Notes: generated from the letters alone by a model not told the origin. A stretch of DNA of 63,871 nucleotides, filler included, from Octopus bimaculoides (GCF_001194135.2; 6 parts of 6 records of this genome joined end to end with filler, not necessarily neighbours in it); one strand, 5' to 3'; positions 37,930 through 51,722 are shown, counted from the first letter of the whole stretch. Program-made: numbers and translations.

Positions 37930-39345
37930 CAGATATTAGGACAGGTGAAAATCAAGAGAGGGATCTTCCTGGGATCAGTGTATCCCACCTGATATTTGTG
38001 CTGGGAATGAAATCTTTGAGTGAAATACTGCAGAAGACAATGTTCGGGTATAATCCGGGAAGTGGTAAGGGAAAACTTAACCACCTGCTATTCATTGATG
38101 ACTTGAAGTTGTTCACAAAAAGTGAGGCAGAACTGGACAGTCTAGTCCAGTCTGTGTGAATTTTCATGAATTATATCAAGATCAATTATGGTGATGAAAT
38201 GGTGGTAAAATGAGGACAGCTTATCAGGACAGAAGGCATATGTATGCCAAGTGGTGAAATGAGGAAAGCATTTGAACCTGAATCCAGATATAAATACCTG
38301 AGAATATTTGAGCAGATGGGATTAAGCACAAGAGTATGAAAGAAAAGACGAAGGAAGAATACCTGTGGCAAGTGAAAATAAATATTGATTTGAAGCTGAA
38401 TGCCAAACATAATTTTGGCCATAAACACATGCATAGTCACAGTAGTTTGGTATGGTACTGGCATTCTGAAGTGAGCAGAGGATGAGCTAAAGGAGTTGGA
38501 CAGGAAGACAAGACAGCTGCTAACAATGCAAGGTGCCCATCATCCACGTGCAGACAGTGAGTGACAATAGATGGAGAGAGCAAATAGAGGAAGGGAACGG
38601 TGAGGAAGATTGTATTGACCCCAGGAGCTTATTGAGATACTTTTCCAAAGTAAGGAAACCTTACTTGTGTCAGTTAGGGATGAGGGCATATTGAAATAGG
38701 GAAAAAACAAAGCAAGAAGTACAAAAAGAACATGAAGAAGCACTACACAACAAGGAACTACACAATCAATTCCCGGTAACAACTGAAGCTGCAGGAAAGC
38801 ATTGGTAGTGCTACATTGGAAACTGTGTGAAAAGTGGGGTCTAGAAGAGGCAAGATGTGGCATGAGCACAATCCACAAAGAGGGTAGGGTTGGAGACCTG
38901 CAAAATACTGTGGGATTTCCCAAACCAAACAGATCAGATGCAAGAGCATAAAAAAGCTGAACCTAGTGGTGGTGGACAAGTGCTATATAATTGATGTTGT
39001 GTGTCCATTTGATGTACAAATTGTCAAGAAGAAAGATGAAAAAATAGTCATACACAATCCTCTCAAGTATGAAACAGCCAGTTATGGAAAATGCAGAAAG
39101 TGAAGATAGTAACAATTTGGGGACAGAATGAGAAGGCATTACTAGAAATATAAAGGAAATCAGAATAGTGTGCTCAGTAGAGCTGTTACGAAAGGTTTGC
39201 CTCCTTGGTACAACCAAATTAATCAAGAAAGTACAAGATAATTGAAAAAAAAACAGAAAGCATGGTACTGTAGGCTACAGATAGCAAGCCTACTATGCAT
39301 GCAAGACTCCAGGAGTTTCATAAAAAGCTGAGTTAGAAAAAAAAA
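37930..39345 (+). mobile_element. Degenerate R4/Dong-type LINE (RT to endonuclease)
   Basis: KLNHLLFIDDLKLF (RT motif), YKYL-type motif, PD..DVVCPFD endonuclease remnant, with many stops and frameshifts. Confidence 0.8.
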
Positions 39346-39394
39346 ATTTAAAAAAAAACAATAAAAAGCCTATTCTGTATTGTGAAAGCATTCA

Positions 39395-40700
39395 GTGATG
39401 ACATTGGGATGGAATTTGACCTTCATCAGTGTCAAGGTCACTTTCCAGAAATTTCCATTTCTGGAAAGTGAAGACCTCAAATTTGTTCATGTTAGATGTT
39501 GAGACAGTTATAAAAAACTTGTACAGGAACAAACTTACAAATACCTTGGAATAAATGAAGGCTCTGACATTCAGCATACAAGCATAAAAGACAAAATCAG
39601 GAAGGAATGTTACAGGAGAGTTCAAGAAGTCTTGAAATCTGAGCTAAATGGATGTAACAAGGTGTCAGCTATAAATTCCTTAGCAATTCCAGTTGTTATT
39701 TATAGCTTTAATCTTTTGAACTCGTATATCAGCAAAATAAAGAAAATCTCTTAGAAAACCACCACAATTGGACTAGCGAAATATTTTGAAACATCAAACG
39801 AATGGATGCTAAGACCTGTTGAAAAGCATGAGAAATGTAAAAAGTCTCACTCTGTTATGAAAGAGAGTAAAAACTTTGCTAGTGAGTTCATGTATAATAC
39901 CCAAGTTGAATAGCATGATGGAAGTGTGGCAACTGTTGCTGCAAAGAAGGTGAAATCAATAGCAAAGAAAAAAGCATAATTGGTTGATAGGTAGGAGCTG
40001 AAGCCACTGCATGAGAAATATGTGGCCCTTAGCAAACAGGCTGATGTAGACCAGAAGCACACTCATCAATGGCTACGGAGCTCATGGCTAAAGGCAGAGA
40101 GTGAAGACTTCATCTTAGCTGCCCGAGAGCAGAGCTTATTGACCTGGAACTGCCAAGCCAATGGAATGACAAATGGAGTAGACTGAAAGTGCCAATACTG
40201 CAACAATGAGATTGAAACAGTAGATTATCTATTCTCTGAATATAAAGTTTTAGCACCTATAGAATATAAATGAAAACATGTTTGAGTTGGCCAATATCTA
40301 CACTGGTTAATATGCTGACATTATAAAATAAAAACTGCTGACAAATGGTACAAGCACCACTCTGAGGCTGTAACCAAGGGAGAAAATGTCATGATTCTTT
40401 GGGACTCTCTAGTATGTACAGACCAAAACAATATAGTCTGTTCATTGATTGACAAGAGAATACCTTCTAATCATAATATCTTGGCAAAGAAATTTGATAA
40501 ATTGAGAGGAATCCAAAAAAGTGTGGCATCTTAAGATGGTTACAATATCAGTAATTGTAGGAGCACTTGGATTGATCAAAAAAGGAATTGAAAATTATTT
40601 GAGAATGAATCCTGGCTTACCATCCATGCAACACCTGTAAAAGGTTGTTTTAACTGGTATCTGGTCATACATATTGAGAAGAGCACTGTCTCTGTGAATT
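39395..40700 (+). mobile_element. Degenerate R4/Dong-type LINE 3' part
   Basis: SDDIGMEF, YKYLGINEG, WLKAESEDFILAAREQSL, IVGALG motifs. Confidence 0.8.
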
Positions 40701-40926
40701 TTCTTTCCCTTTTAACATTTTGTTTTCTTTTCTCTTATTTTTTCCTTTATTTTTTCCCCTTTTTTCTATTACATAAGTTGACTTTGTAAATGAACAATTT
40801 GGTGTGTTTAGTTTAATGGCCTACAAATATATACAGTCAGCTACTTTTCCCTAGGGGTTGGGGAAAATACTTAGCAAGAAATGGAAACAGAATTTTAAAA
40901 ATAACAACATCAATAATAATAATAAT

Positions 40927-42290
40927 AGTTATAAAAGAACTTGAGCAAGAACAAACAAATACCTTGGAATAAATGAAGGCTCTGGCATTCAGCATGCAAG
41001 CATAAAAGACAAAATCAGGAAGGAATGTTACAGGAGAGTTCAAGAAGTCCTGAAATCCAAATTAAATGTATGTAACAAGGTGTTAGCTACAAATTTCTTG
41101 GCAATTCTGGTTATTATTTACACTTTTAATGTGTTGAACTGGAATATGAGTGAAATAAGAAAGATTGACAGGAAAATCTGTAAGCTGCTGACTTGCAATA
41201 AGATGCACCACTCAAAGGCAGATGCAGATGGTTTTTACTTGCCCAGAGCTCAAGGAGGGCGAGGTTAGACTCAATTTGAAATCTCCTACAAAACCACCAC
41301 AATTAGACTGGCAAAATATTTTGGAATACCTAATGACTGGATACTCAGGCTCATTGAAAATCACAAGAGACGTAAAAAGCTTCATTCTATTTTGAAGGAG
41401 ACCAAAAAATTTGCTAGTAAGTTTATGCATAATATCTAGGTTGAACAGCATGATGGAAGTGCAACAACCGTAGTTGCAAAGAAGGTGAAATCAATAGCAA
41501 AGCAAAATGCGTTTGAATAATTGGCTGACAAGTGGGAACAAAAATCTCTGCATGGCAAATATGTGACCTGTAGCAAACAGGCTGATGTAGGCCTGAACCA
41601 CACACATTAGTGGCTACAGAGGTCTGGGCTGAAAGCAGAGAGTGAACGCTTTATCTTGGCTGCTCAAGATCAGAGCTTATTGACCCAGAACAATTCAAAC
41701 CAATGCGATGAAAAATGGAGTTGGCCCAAAGTGCTGATTCTGCAACAATGGAGTTGAAACAGTAGATCACCTAATCTCTGGGTGTAAGGTTTTAGCAGCT
41801 GTAGAGTATAAATCAAGGCATGACAGAGTTGGCCAATATCTACATTGGATAATGTTTCAGTATTATAAAATCAAAACTGCTGATAAATGGTACAAGCACC
41901 ACCCTGGGGCTGTAACCAAGGGAGAAAATGTAATGATTCTCTGAGACTTTCCAGTATGTACAGACCAGAACATCAAAGCAAATAAACCAGATATTGTTGA
42001 GAAAGATGAAAACAATAATGTCTGTTTATTGATTGACATGAGCAAACCCTGTGACCATAATATCTCGGCAAAAGAATTTGATAATCTCCGAAAATATAAA
42101 GAGTTGCTAATGGAAATCGAAAAGATGTGGCATCTCAAGACAGTGATTGTGGGAGCACTTGGAATGATCTAAAAAGGAACTGAAAATTATTTGAGAATGA
42201 TCTCTGTCTTACCAGCTATGCAGGAAGTGCAAAAGATTGTCTTAACTGGTACATCACACATATTGAAAAGAGCCTTGTCACTGTGAATTT
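40927..42290 (+). mobile_element. Degenerate R4/Dong-type LINE 3' part after (TAA)n
   Basis: Paralogous to 39500-40700; KMHHSKADADGFYLPRAQGGRG, GLKAESERFILAAQDQSL, NKPDIV, IVGALG. Confidence 0.85.
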
Positions 42291-42329
42291 TCTTTCCTTT
42301 TTTTCCCCCCTTATTTCCATGAGAACCAA

Positions 42330-43226
42330 TGAACTGAAGTATTTCGGATTGCAAGTCAGTGTGTGAAAGAAAATTTTGATGTCATAGGAGAGAAATGTGT
42401 CCGCATGGATGATAGTGAACTTGCTTTTAGTGACTCTGTAAAGAAAAAGGCTTGGAGATGCCCTTATGAAAGACTGCTGAATGTGGAGAATGAATGGGCG
42501 GAGGAGAGCCTGCCAAATGTTGACCCAACTGGGGGACCAGCTATCCGAATTCACAGTATCCTGGTAGATAAAGCAATTAAGCGTATGAAGCCAGGAAAAG
42601 CCCCTGGCCCATCAGGAATCACCACTGAGATGCTTAAAATATCCGGCAGTGTTGGTTATGGTCTAGTTGCCCGTATTGTAAATCAAGTGGTTCAAGAAGG
42701 AGTCATACCCAATGACTAGCGTAACAGCACCATAGTCAACTACTACAAAGTTGAAGGTGATGCCTTAGATAGAAATAATTACAGAGGTATCAAATTGTTG
42801 GATCAGGTGATGAATGTTGCGGAGAGAGGCATAGCCCAACTAATCAGGGAGAGAGTTAGTCTAGATGAGATGCAGTTTGGCTTTGAGCTAGGTAGAAGCA
42901 TCACTGATGCTATATTTCTGGTAAGACAGCTGCAGGAGAAATACCTAGCCAAGGATAAACCTCTGTGCTAGGCTTTTGTTGATATGGAGAAAGCTTTTGA
43001 CAGAGTCCCCTGATCCCTTATCTGGTGGTCAATGAGGAAATTAAGGATAGACGAGTGGTTGGTGAGAGCTGTACAAGCCTTGTATAGGGACGCAACCAGT
43101 AAGGTGAGGGTGGGCAACAAGTACAGTGAAGAATTCTGGGTACAAGTAGGGGTTCACTAAGGATTGGTGCTCAGCCCCCTCTTGTTTGTCATAGTTCTCC
43201 AGGCAATAACAGAGGAATTCAAGACA
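42330..43226 (+). mobile_element. RTE LINE, 5' part of RT region (pseudogenised)
   Basis: KAPGPSGI, NYRGIKLL, MQFGF, AFVDMEKAFDRVP, GLVLSPLLFVIVLQAITEEFKT. Confidence 0.95.
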
Positions 43227-43602
43227 TTTCTGAACAACTTCCCCCTATATTCTAACTTGGCTTGATAGACAAGGAAAACCATTTATTATCAGTTGGTGAC
43301 TTGGTCATCACCATCATTGTCATGACTGCCTCATTACTGTCACTCACCTTCCACCACCATTATCATCATCAGCAGCATCAGGTTTTATGTCGGCATTGGT
43401 TAGACTATATATTTCTTTTATAATTACTCATGCATTGTTGACACACCTATCAGCAGAGATCCTCCATGTGCTTTCGAAAGAGGTATATCATTGGGTGAGG
43501 AAGCAGCTAAGAAGTTGGAATTACTGCTGTAGGAAGAAACAGAATATGAGGAAGAATACGGAAACAAACAAATATAAATGAAAAAAATAAAATATTTATT
43601 TT

Positions 43603-43609
43603 AAAAAAA
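43603..43609 (-). terminator. Pol III terminator (T7) downstream of tRNA-Asp
   Basis: A7 on the plus strand, beginning 9 nt past the tRNA 3' end. Confidence 0.7.
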
Positions 43610-43617
43610 TAACTAGC

Positions 43618-43689
43618 CTCCCCGGCGGGGAATCGAACCCCGGTCTCCCGCGTGACAGGCGGGGATACTTACCACTATACTACCGAGGA
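43618..43689 (-). tRNA. tRNA-Asp-GTC: tRNA-Asp, anticodon GTC
   Basis: TCCTCGGTAGTATAGTGGTAAGTATCCCCGCCTGTCACGCGGGAGACCGGGGTTCGATTCCCCGCCGGGGAG: 72 nt, paired acceptor stem, intact A/B boxes, CTGTCAC anticodon loop. Confidence 0.97.
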
Positions 43690-44352
43690 ACAGCTGGCAA
43701 ACTGCTTCAAATTTAACAATATATTCGTAGCAACATATATAACGTTTTTTTTCTTCTTTTTTTTCCTAAGCGTGTCTTCCTGGTATTTCCAGTTCCTGCT
43801 GCAGAACTTCTCGTGTCTATTATCGATGTTGAGTGATGATCACAAAATATTACATCAAGAGGCATTCTTTCAATAGAATGCCCGTAAGTTTTGTTTTAAA
43901 GATTCAAAACCCCAGCCGTTACCTCGAGGTTTGTAATAAACAAAAATAGCAATCACTCGTTGTTGGTCTCAGAATTGTCATTGTTTACTGCTGTTCGCGT
44001 GTTAGTTTCCATGAAAAAATATTTATTTATTTACTTTTGTTTTCATGAAGTGTCGAAGTTGGATAGTGGAAAGAGACGGACGGACGGACGGACGGGCGCG
44101 CGTGTGTATGTACATCTCTATGAAAGATAATGGGTGTACGTGTGTGTGCATATCTATGTATGTACGTATATATGAAAGCTAATGGGTGTATGTGCGTGTG
44201 CGTGTGCGAGCGTATTCAGCTTCATGTATTTGTATTCTCTCTCATACGCACACAAAGACACGTACACCCATTGTTTCATATACATGTACGTACGTACATG
44301 TATATGTACATACATACTTCTTTCTTTGTATGTGTGTGAGTGAATGTCTGTG

Positions 44353-44391
<39 letters not shown>

Positions 44392-44439
44392 ATGTGCATG
44401 TTTCTGTCCTGCTTTCAATTATCTAAATTCTACCCCATT

Positions 44440-44750
44440 AGGCAGAACCTGGTTTCTAACAAAGCTCCATTGTTGCATTTTAAACACGAGAAAAGCCTTG
44501 CATATTTATTATGTGCGAGTTAGTGTATGTATGTCATTACGCAGTTATAGTTCAAGATTTCTAACATAGATCCAAGGCTCCTTCATTGGAATTTCAACAT
44601 CAACAACAGGGTGTTTTGTATGTATGTCATTATTCAAGATTTCTTGCTAACAGAGGAATAACTGGTTCCTAACCTAGATCCAACCCCCCTTCATTGGAAT
44701 TTCACCATCAACAACGGTATTTTTGTATGTATGTATGAATTGCAAATTTG
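44440..44750 (-). mobile_element. Tandem 3' UTR ends of the (TACA)n-associated LINE family
   Basis: TAGATCCAAGGCTCCTTCATTGGAATTTC repeats, separated by (TATG)n; reverse-complement similarity to 51600-51720. Confidence 0.55.
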
Positions 44751-44775
44751 TATGTTTTATGTATGTATTTTCATG

Positions 44776-44975
44776 CATAGAGTTCGCATGGATGATGGTT
44801 CACTTGCACTAAACGAGGCGGCAAAGAGAGAAGTTTGGAGACGCCACTATGAAAGGTTGCTCAATAAAGAAAATGAATGGGAGAAAGAGAGTCTGCCGAA
44901 TGTCGACTCAACAGAGGGACCAGCTATCCGAGTTGACAGTACCTTAGTAGATAAAGCAATTAAAAGTATGAAGGG
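44776..44975 (+). mobile_element. RTE LINE fragment
   Basis: VRMDDGSLALNEAAKREVWRRHYERLLNKENEW, homologous to 42400-42590 but a different subfamily. Confidence 0.85.
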
Positions 44976-45059
44976 CATTAAGGTCAAGGTTGAAGGTCAG
45001 TGTAGGGGTCACTGTGGATGTTCAGTGCTAGTTTTTGGCACCTTCTCTTTTCGTCAATG

Positions 45060-45097
45060 TTAGGGTTAAGGATAGGGTTAGGGTTAGGGTTAGGGTT
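45060..45097 (+). repeat. Short telomere-like (TTAGGG)n tract; (CCCTAA)2 at ~45814-45827
   Basis: Directly visible. Confidence 0.7.
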
Positions 45098-45829
45098 TTG
45101 TCTGTTCTGCATGCAAGGAGCTGGAAAGCACCACCCTGCTGCACGTGAAATACTAATAATATATGTTAATGTTTTTACATTTCAGGTCAAGGTGAAGATC
45201 AGAGAACACCACGGAAGTCACTGTGGGCGTTTTGCATGGGTTTTGGTTCCTTTTTCAGTGTTGCACTCTTGGTCTCACTTTCACATTTACACGCACATTA
45301 CTGCTGGGTGGGGCAGTTTGCCAGGTGCGGACTTTTCTTTTTTCTATTTTGGTCTACAGCTTTGTTCTTCATGAGTTGAGGTGTGAGAGCCTACAGACCA
45401 GTGCAGACTTCGCAGTGGGGGAACTGCGTCTTTGGGTGGTGGGTGCAGATGGCAGTGGGGTATGCTTTCAATGAAATGCAAGGGTCTAAAAATGTGGTTT
45501 CCGGTCTGCAGTGTTAGGTGTGTGGTTGGTGGATGCGCCAACCACTCTGAGAGTGTTATGAGTGCTTTTACATGCCACAGGTGCCATTTATGTGGCACCA
45601 GTATCTTCCACAACTAAGACTTCACTTGACTTGATGGGTCTTCTTCTCAACCATGTCATAATTCCAAAGGTCACAATCATTTGTTATTGCCTCTGTGAGG
45701 CTCAACACTTCAAAGGTGCTTTTCACATGCCACAAGCATTGGCCACGACAATTACTATCATTTCACTTGGCTTGATGGGTCTTCTCAAGAACAGAATATC
45801 ACAAGAGGTCTCACCCTAACCCTAACCAT

Positions 45830-46000
45830 CTCACTTGTCCAATCGTTTGTCCATTTGATATTGGCTGGTTGAAGCAATGTCTTCCTTCTCGCTTCTCTGC
45901 CATAATAGCCAATTTTGCAGAGATACCTGTCAGCTATTCTGGGACTGACAACAACTTGTTCTGCTCTGTCAGAGGCCTTGCAATGAGGATTATCTTCCAC
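45830..46000 (-). mobile_element. Tc1-like transposase fragment
   Basis: RYLCKIGYYGREARRKTLLQPANIK resembles the Tc1 linker R.L...G..GR.ARKKPLL. Confidence 0.6.
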
Positions 46001-46280
46001 ACTTCTCTTAACAAAACAAAGGGTTCTGTCAGAGGGCCTTAGTTGACCTGGGCAAGGTGATATGGACTACTTCTCCATCTGGTGAATTGAACAATTACTT
46101 TATTAACTGTAGAAAGTGTAATCACCAGGTTTTCTGTGGTTTTAGGCTATGTCAACCTTGAAATTGACCCAGTATATGGCCTCTTTGTAATTTGGACAGT
46201 TCCAAGGCTTCTTTTGTACATGGCATGATTAAACAGTCATGCAGAACTTGAAAAATACAAATATCAATTAATAAAAAATT

Positions 46281-47560
46281 AGGAATTCAAGACAGGATGC
46301 CCCTGGGAGCTCCTCTGCTGATGACCTTGCACTAATTGCTGAGTCACTATCAGAACTAGAGAAGTTTTAAGTGTGGAAGCAGGGACTAGAATCGAAGGGT
46401 CTTAGAGTCAACCTAGCTAAAACCAAAGTCCTAATAAGTAGGAAGGATACATAAAACACAAACCCCTTCAGGTAGATGGCCCTGCTCAGTATGTAGAAAA
46501 GGAGTAGGTAGAAACTCTATAAGATGTACCCAGTGCAAGCTATGGACACATAAAAGGCAGGTTAACTAGGAAGTTAGTTTTTGAATGTGGCAGATGTTCA
46601 GGAGCTATAAACACTGTGAATATGCAGGAAACAACTTCTGTCTCATTCCAGGGAGAAAATCTAGAGGTAGTTGATAGCTTCCACTATCTGGGTGACCAAG
46701 TTAGTAGTGGGTGTGGGTGCGCTGAAAGTGTAGCTGCTAGAATAAGAATAGCCTGGGCAAAGTTCAGAGAGCTCTTACCTCTGCTGGCAACAAAGGGCCT
46801 CTCACTCAGAGTATAAGGCAGACTGTATGACGCATGTGTACGAACAGCCATGCTACATGGCAGTGAAACATTGGCTCTAACTGCTGAGGACATGTGTAAG
46901 CTCGCAAGGAATGAAGCCAGTATTCTCCGATGGATGAGTAATGTCAGTGTGCATACCCGACGGAGTGTAAGTATCTTGAGAGAACAGTTGAACATAAGAA
47001 GCATCAGTTGTGGTGTGCAAGAGAGACGATTGCACTGGTATGGACATGTGGCGAGAATGGATGAGGATAGCTGCGTGAAAAAGTGCCATACCCTAACAGT
47101 TGATGGAACCTGTGGAAGAGGCAGACCTAGGAAGACCTGGGATGTGGTGGTGAAGCACGACCTCCGAACATTAGGCCTCACTGAGGCAATGACTTGTGAC
47201 CGTGACCTTTGGAAATATGCTGTGCGTGAGAAGACCCGACAAGCCAACTGAGACCAAAATCCAAGGCCTCTGCCAGGGATGTAGCCAGCCCACTTACACG
47301 TAACATTCCTTCATTGGACACTAAAGTCCGCTTGCGAAGACATGGTGAGGCAAGTGAAATCGGAATCAAACTAAATTTGTAGGAACACTAAACTCAGCTT
47401 GCGGAGTGGTTGGCGTTAGGAAGGGCATCCAGCTGTAGAAACTCTGTCAAATCAGATTGGAGCCTGGTGTTGCCTCCTGGTCCACCAGTCCTCAGTCAAA
47501 TCGTCCAACCCATGCTAGCATGGAATGTGGACGTTAAACGACGATGATGATGATGATGAT
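46281..47560 (+). mobile_element. RTE LINE, 3' part with 3' UTR and (GAT)n tail
   Basis: EFKTGCPWELL.ADDLALIAES, FHYLG, LHWYGHVARM, GRGRPRKTWD, then the shared family E tail. Confidence 0.95.
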
Positions 47561-47564
47561 GATA

Positions 47565-48233
47565 AAGCTCAAATTAAAATAGCCATAAAATGAGGTGTTA
47601 ATGGGTGTCTATTGACTTTTGTCATGTTTGTGTACAAATGAATAATTTGTTAGACCTGCACTCTGAAAGACATACCCCCCCCCCAAAAAAAAACCTTTAG
47701 TAGAAAACCCAGAATTAGTCACAGTAAGGTTATCCAACTGTTAAACCTTTTACTTTTCAAACTCATGCTAGGATGGAAGAATGTACACATGTATTGGTGC
47801 ATATAAAACATGAAATTATGTTGTCTACATTCTTGAATACTTGCAATCAATTTATTGTAAGAACATACAATTTTGATAGTTTTTTTTTTGAGTTGTTGCT
47901 TATCTACAATAATCTGATAAATTCGAGGTTATTGTTGGTTGCATAAGATTGTCATTGAATTTTCTCTCGACACAAATATCTAATCATTTTCTCCATACTA
48001 GCATGGGTTGTATGTATCATGTTGATATCTGTTTCAGTTTAATTCCTTCTGCAATGTTTTCATAAAATACAGTTGTCCCTTGGCTTACACAGTATTCTGT
48101 TTCTTAGTTTCGCTTTAGCACAATTATGCTCGGTTGTTTTTACAAATATAAAAGTAGTACTTGCTTCACCTTTTCCATTTATTTTGTTCAATATTTTTGA
48201 ATTTGAAATATCAAAATTGATTTCATTGGAAAT
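47565..48233 (+). repeat. Unclassified AT-rich dispersed repeat, copy 3
   Basis: Colinear with 26548-27125; shares an extra 5' extension with the reverse complement of 33800-33975. Confidence 0.85.
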
Positions 48234-48494
48234 NNNNNNNNNNNNNNNNNNNNNNNNNNNNNNNNNNNNNNNNNNNNNNNNNNNNNNNNNNNNNNNNNNN
48301 NNNNNNNNNNNNNNNNNNNNNNNNNNNNNNNNNNNNNNNNNNNNNNNNNNNNNNNNNNNNNNNNNNNNNNNNNNNNNNNNNNNNNNNNNNNNNNNNNNNN
48401 NNNNNNNNNNNNNNNNNNNNNNNNNNNNNNNNNNNNNNNNNNNNNNNNNNNNNNNNNNNNNNNNNNNNNNNNNNNNNNNNNNNNNNNNNNNNNT

Positions 48495-49000
48495 TCCACA
48501 AGCTTCTCTCAACTGATAGAGATCGGCACTTCTTCAGTCAGCTGTCCTCATCTACATGCATCACATGACCATACCAGCTCAGTCATCTCTCTTGCACACT
48601 ACACCTGTTGCTTCTTATGCCTAACTTTTCTCTCAAAACATTTAGATTTTATTGTACATGCACACTGACCATTGCACATCTAGTGAAGCGGGCTAGCTTA
48701 AATTCTTCCAAGCCTATACACATCCTCTGCAGTCACAGCCCATGTTTAACTGCCATGTAGCATAGCTGTCTGCACACAGGCATCATAAATTTGCCTTTCA
48801 CTCTGAAGGAGAGACCCTTAGTTACCAACAGAGGAAGGAGCTCTCTGAATTTGCTCAGCCTATTTTTATTCTCACAGCCACACTCTTGGTTCATCCACCT
48901 CTGCTACTAACTCTGTCAGTTTGATAACATAAGTTATCAACTGTCTCTATTGTACTCTTCTGGCATTTGATGAAGTCCATTTTTTGTGCTTGTTGTACCT
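48495..49000 (-). mobile_element. RTE LINE 3' fragment, reverse orientation
   Basis: Reverse complement is homologous to 46680-47110. Confidence 0.8.
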
Positions 49001-49280
49001 GTGCACCTTCCACATACAAAAAGTATTTTCCCAGTTTACCTTCCTCTGATATTGCTACACCTTATGTGTTACACCAAGTACATCTTATGGAGTTTCTACC
49101 TACCCGTTTCTTACAGATTGAGCATTACCATCTACCTGATTTGTCTACTTTCCTACTTATTAAGACTTGGGTTTTTGGTAGGTTAACTCTACGGCCTTTC
49201 GATTCTACACCTTGCTTCGCCCACTAGAAATTTGTTCCCTAGTTCTGGTAGTGATTTAGTTATAAGAAGAAGGTCATCAG

Positions 49281-50553
<1,273 letters not shown>

Positions 50554-50559
50554 GTAATC

Positions 50560-50790
50560 AGCATAGAGGTGTTCCTAGGGTCTGCCTGTATGACTATGAT
50601 ATCAACAAAAGTCAAGTACAGAGGTTTATATTTGGTTAGGTAGTTCTCCTGTAGTTGTCTTACCAGAAATATAGCATCACTGGTGCTTTTTCCTGATACA
50701 AAACCAAATTGCATCTCATCTAGATTAACTCTCTTCCTAATTAGTTGGCCTATGATCCCCTCCGTGACTTTCATCATCTGAAGAAATTAG
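50560..50790 (-). mobile_element. RTE LINE RT fragment
   Basis: LIRKRVNLDEMQFGFVSGKSTSDAIFLVRQLQENYL..KPLYLTFVD. Confidence 0.9.
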
Positions 50791-51062
50791 CACCGGTGCA
50801 ATCACTGTATTTTTAAAGCACACATCATGCATATGTTAACATAGTGTCAATGAGAAAGTGCTCGATTTTCAAAATTGAAAATAGAGTCCAATATTACAAG
50901 AGATCGATGTCTATCTATATACATACATATATGCGGGGTAGTCATGTACTTTCTCTGTAGCANNNNNNNNNNNNNNNNNNNNNNNNNNNNNNNNNNNNNN
51001 NNNNNNTTAATTAATTAANNNNNNNNNNNNNNNNNNNNNNNNNNNNNNNNNNNNNNNNNNNN

Positions 51063-51095
<33 letters not shown>

Positions 51096-51195
51096 GTGCA
51101 TACATATATACATACATGCATACATACATGCATATATACATACATACATACATACATACATACGTGCATGATACAGACAGACAGACAGACAGACA

Positions 51196-51722
51196 GAAGA
51201 GAAACTGTGTGCAGTTGTGGAAATCAGCTGGCCTGTAGGTGTTAACATAAAGTTAAAAGATCAGTGAAAAAGAAAAATACCAACGCTGAACTATTGAGGA
51301 ATCTGCAGCTACTCAATCCAGATAACAAGTTCTTGTTTATACCTGTAATTATTGGGAAGCTGGGATATGGAACACACTGCGTAAATACCAATCTTGACAA
51401 ATTAGGCTTCTCAAAACTAGAAAGGAGAAAGCTAATTCGAAAACCGGAAATTCAATCCATCACAAGAACTGTAAAAATCTGTAAAACTTTCCAGAAGTCT
51501 ATCATTTAAGAATGGATGAGCATGTCTAGATATGCCACTATATTCATGCGAATACATACATAAAACAAAACATACAAATCTACACATATACATATATACA
51601 AAAATGCCCTGTTAAAATTCCAATGGAAGACCCTTGGATCTTGGCTAGAAACTGGCTCTTTCCCTTTTAGAAAGAAATCTTAAAATAAAATTGAATAATT
51701 ACATACATACATACATACATGC
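51196..51722 (+). mobile_element. Restriction-like-endonuclease LINE 3' end, (TACA)n-associated family
   Basis: VVEISWP..NI...ELLRNLQLL...FIPVIIGKLG...TVKICKTF; flanked by (TACA)/(GACA) repeats upstream and (CATA)n downstream. Confidence 0.7.
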
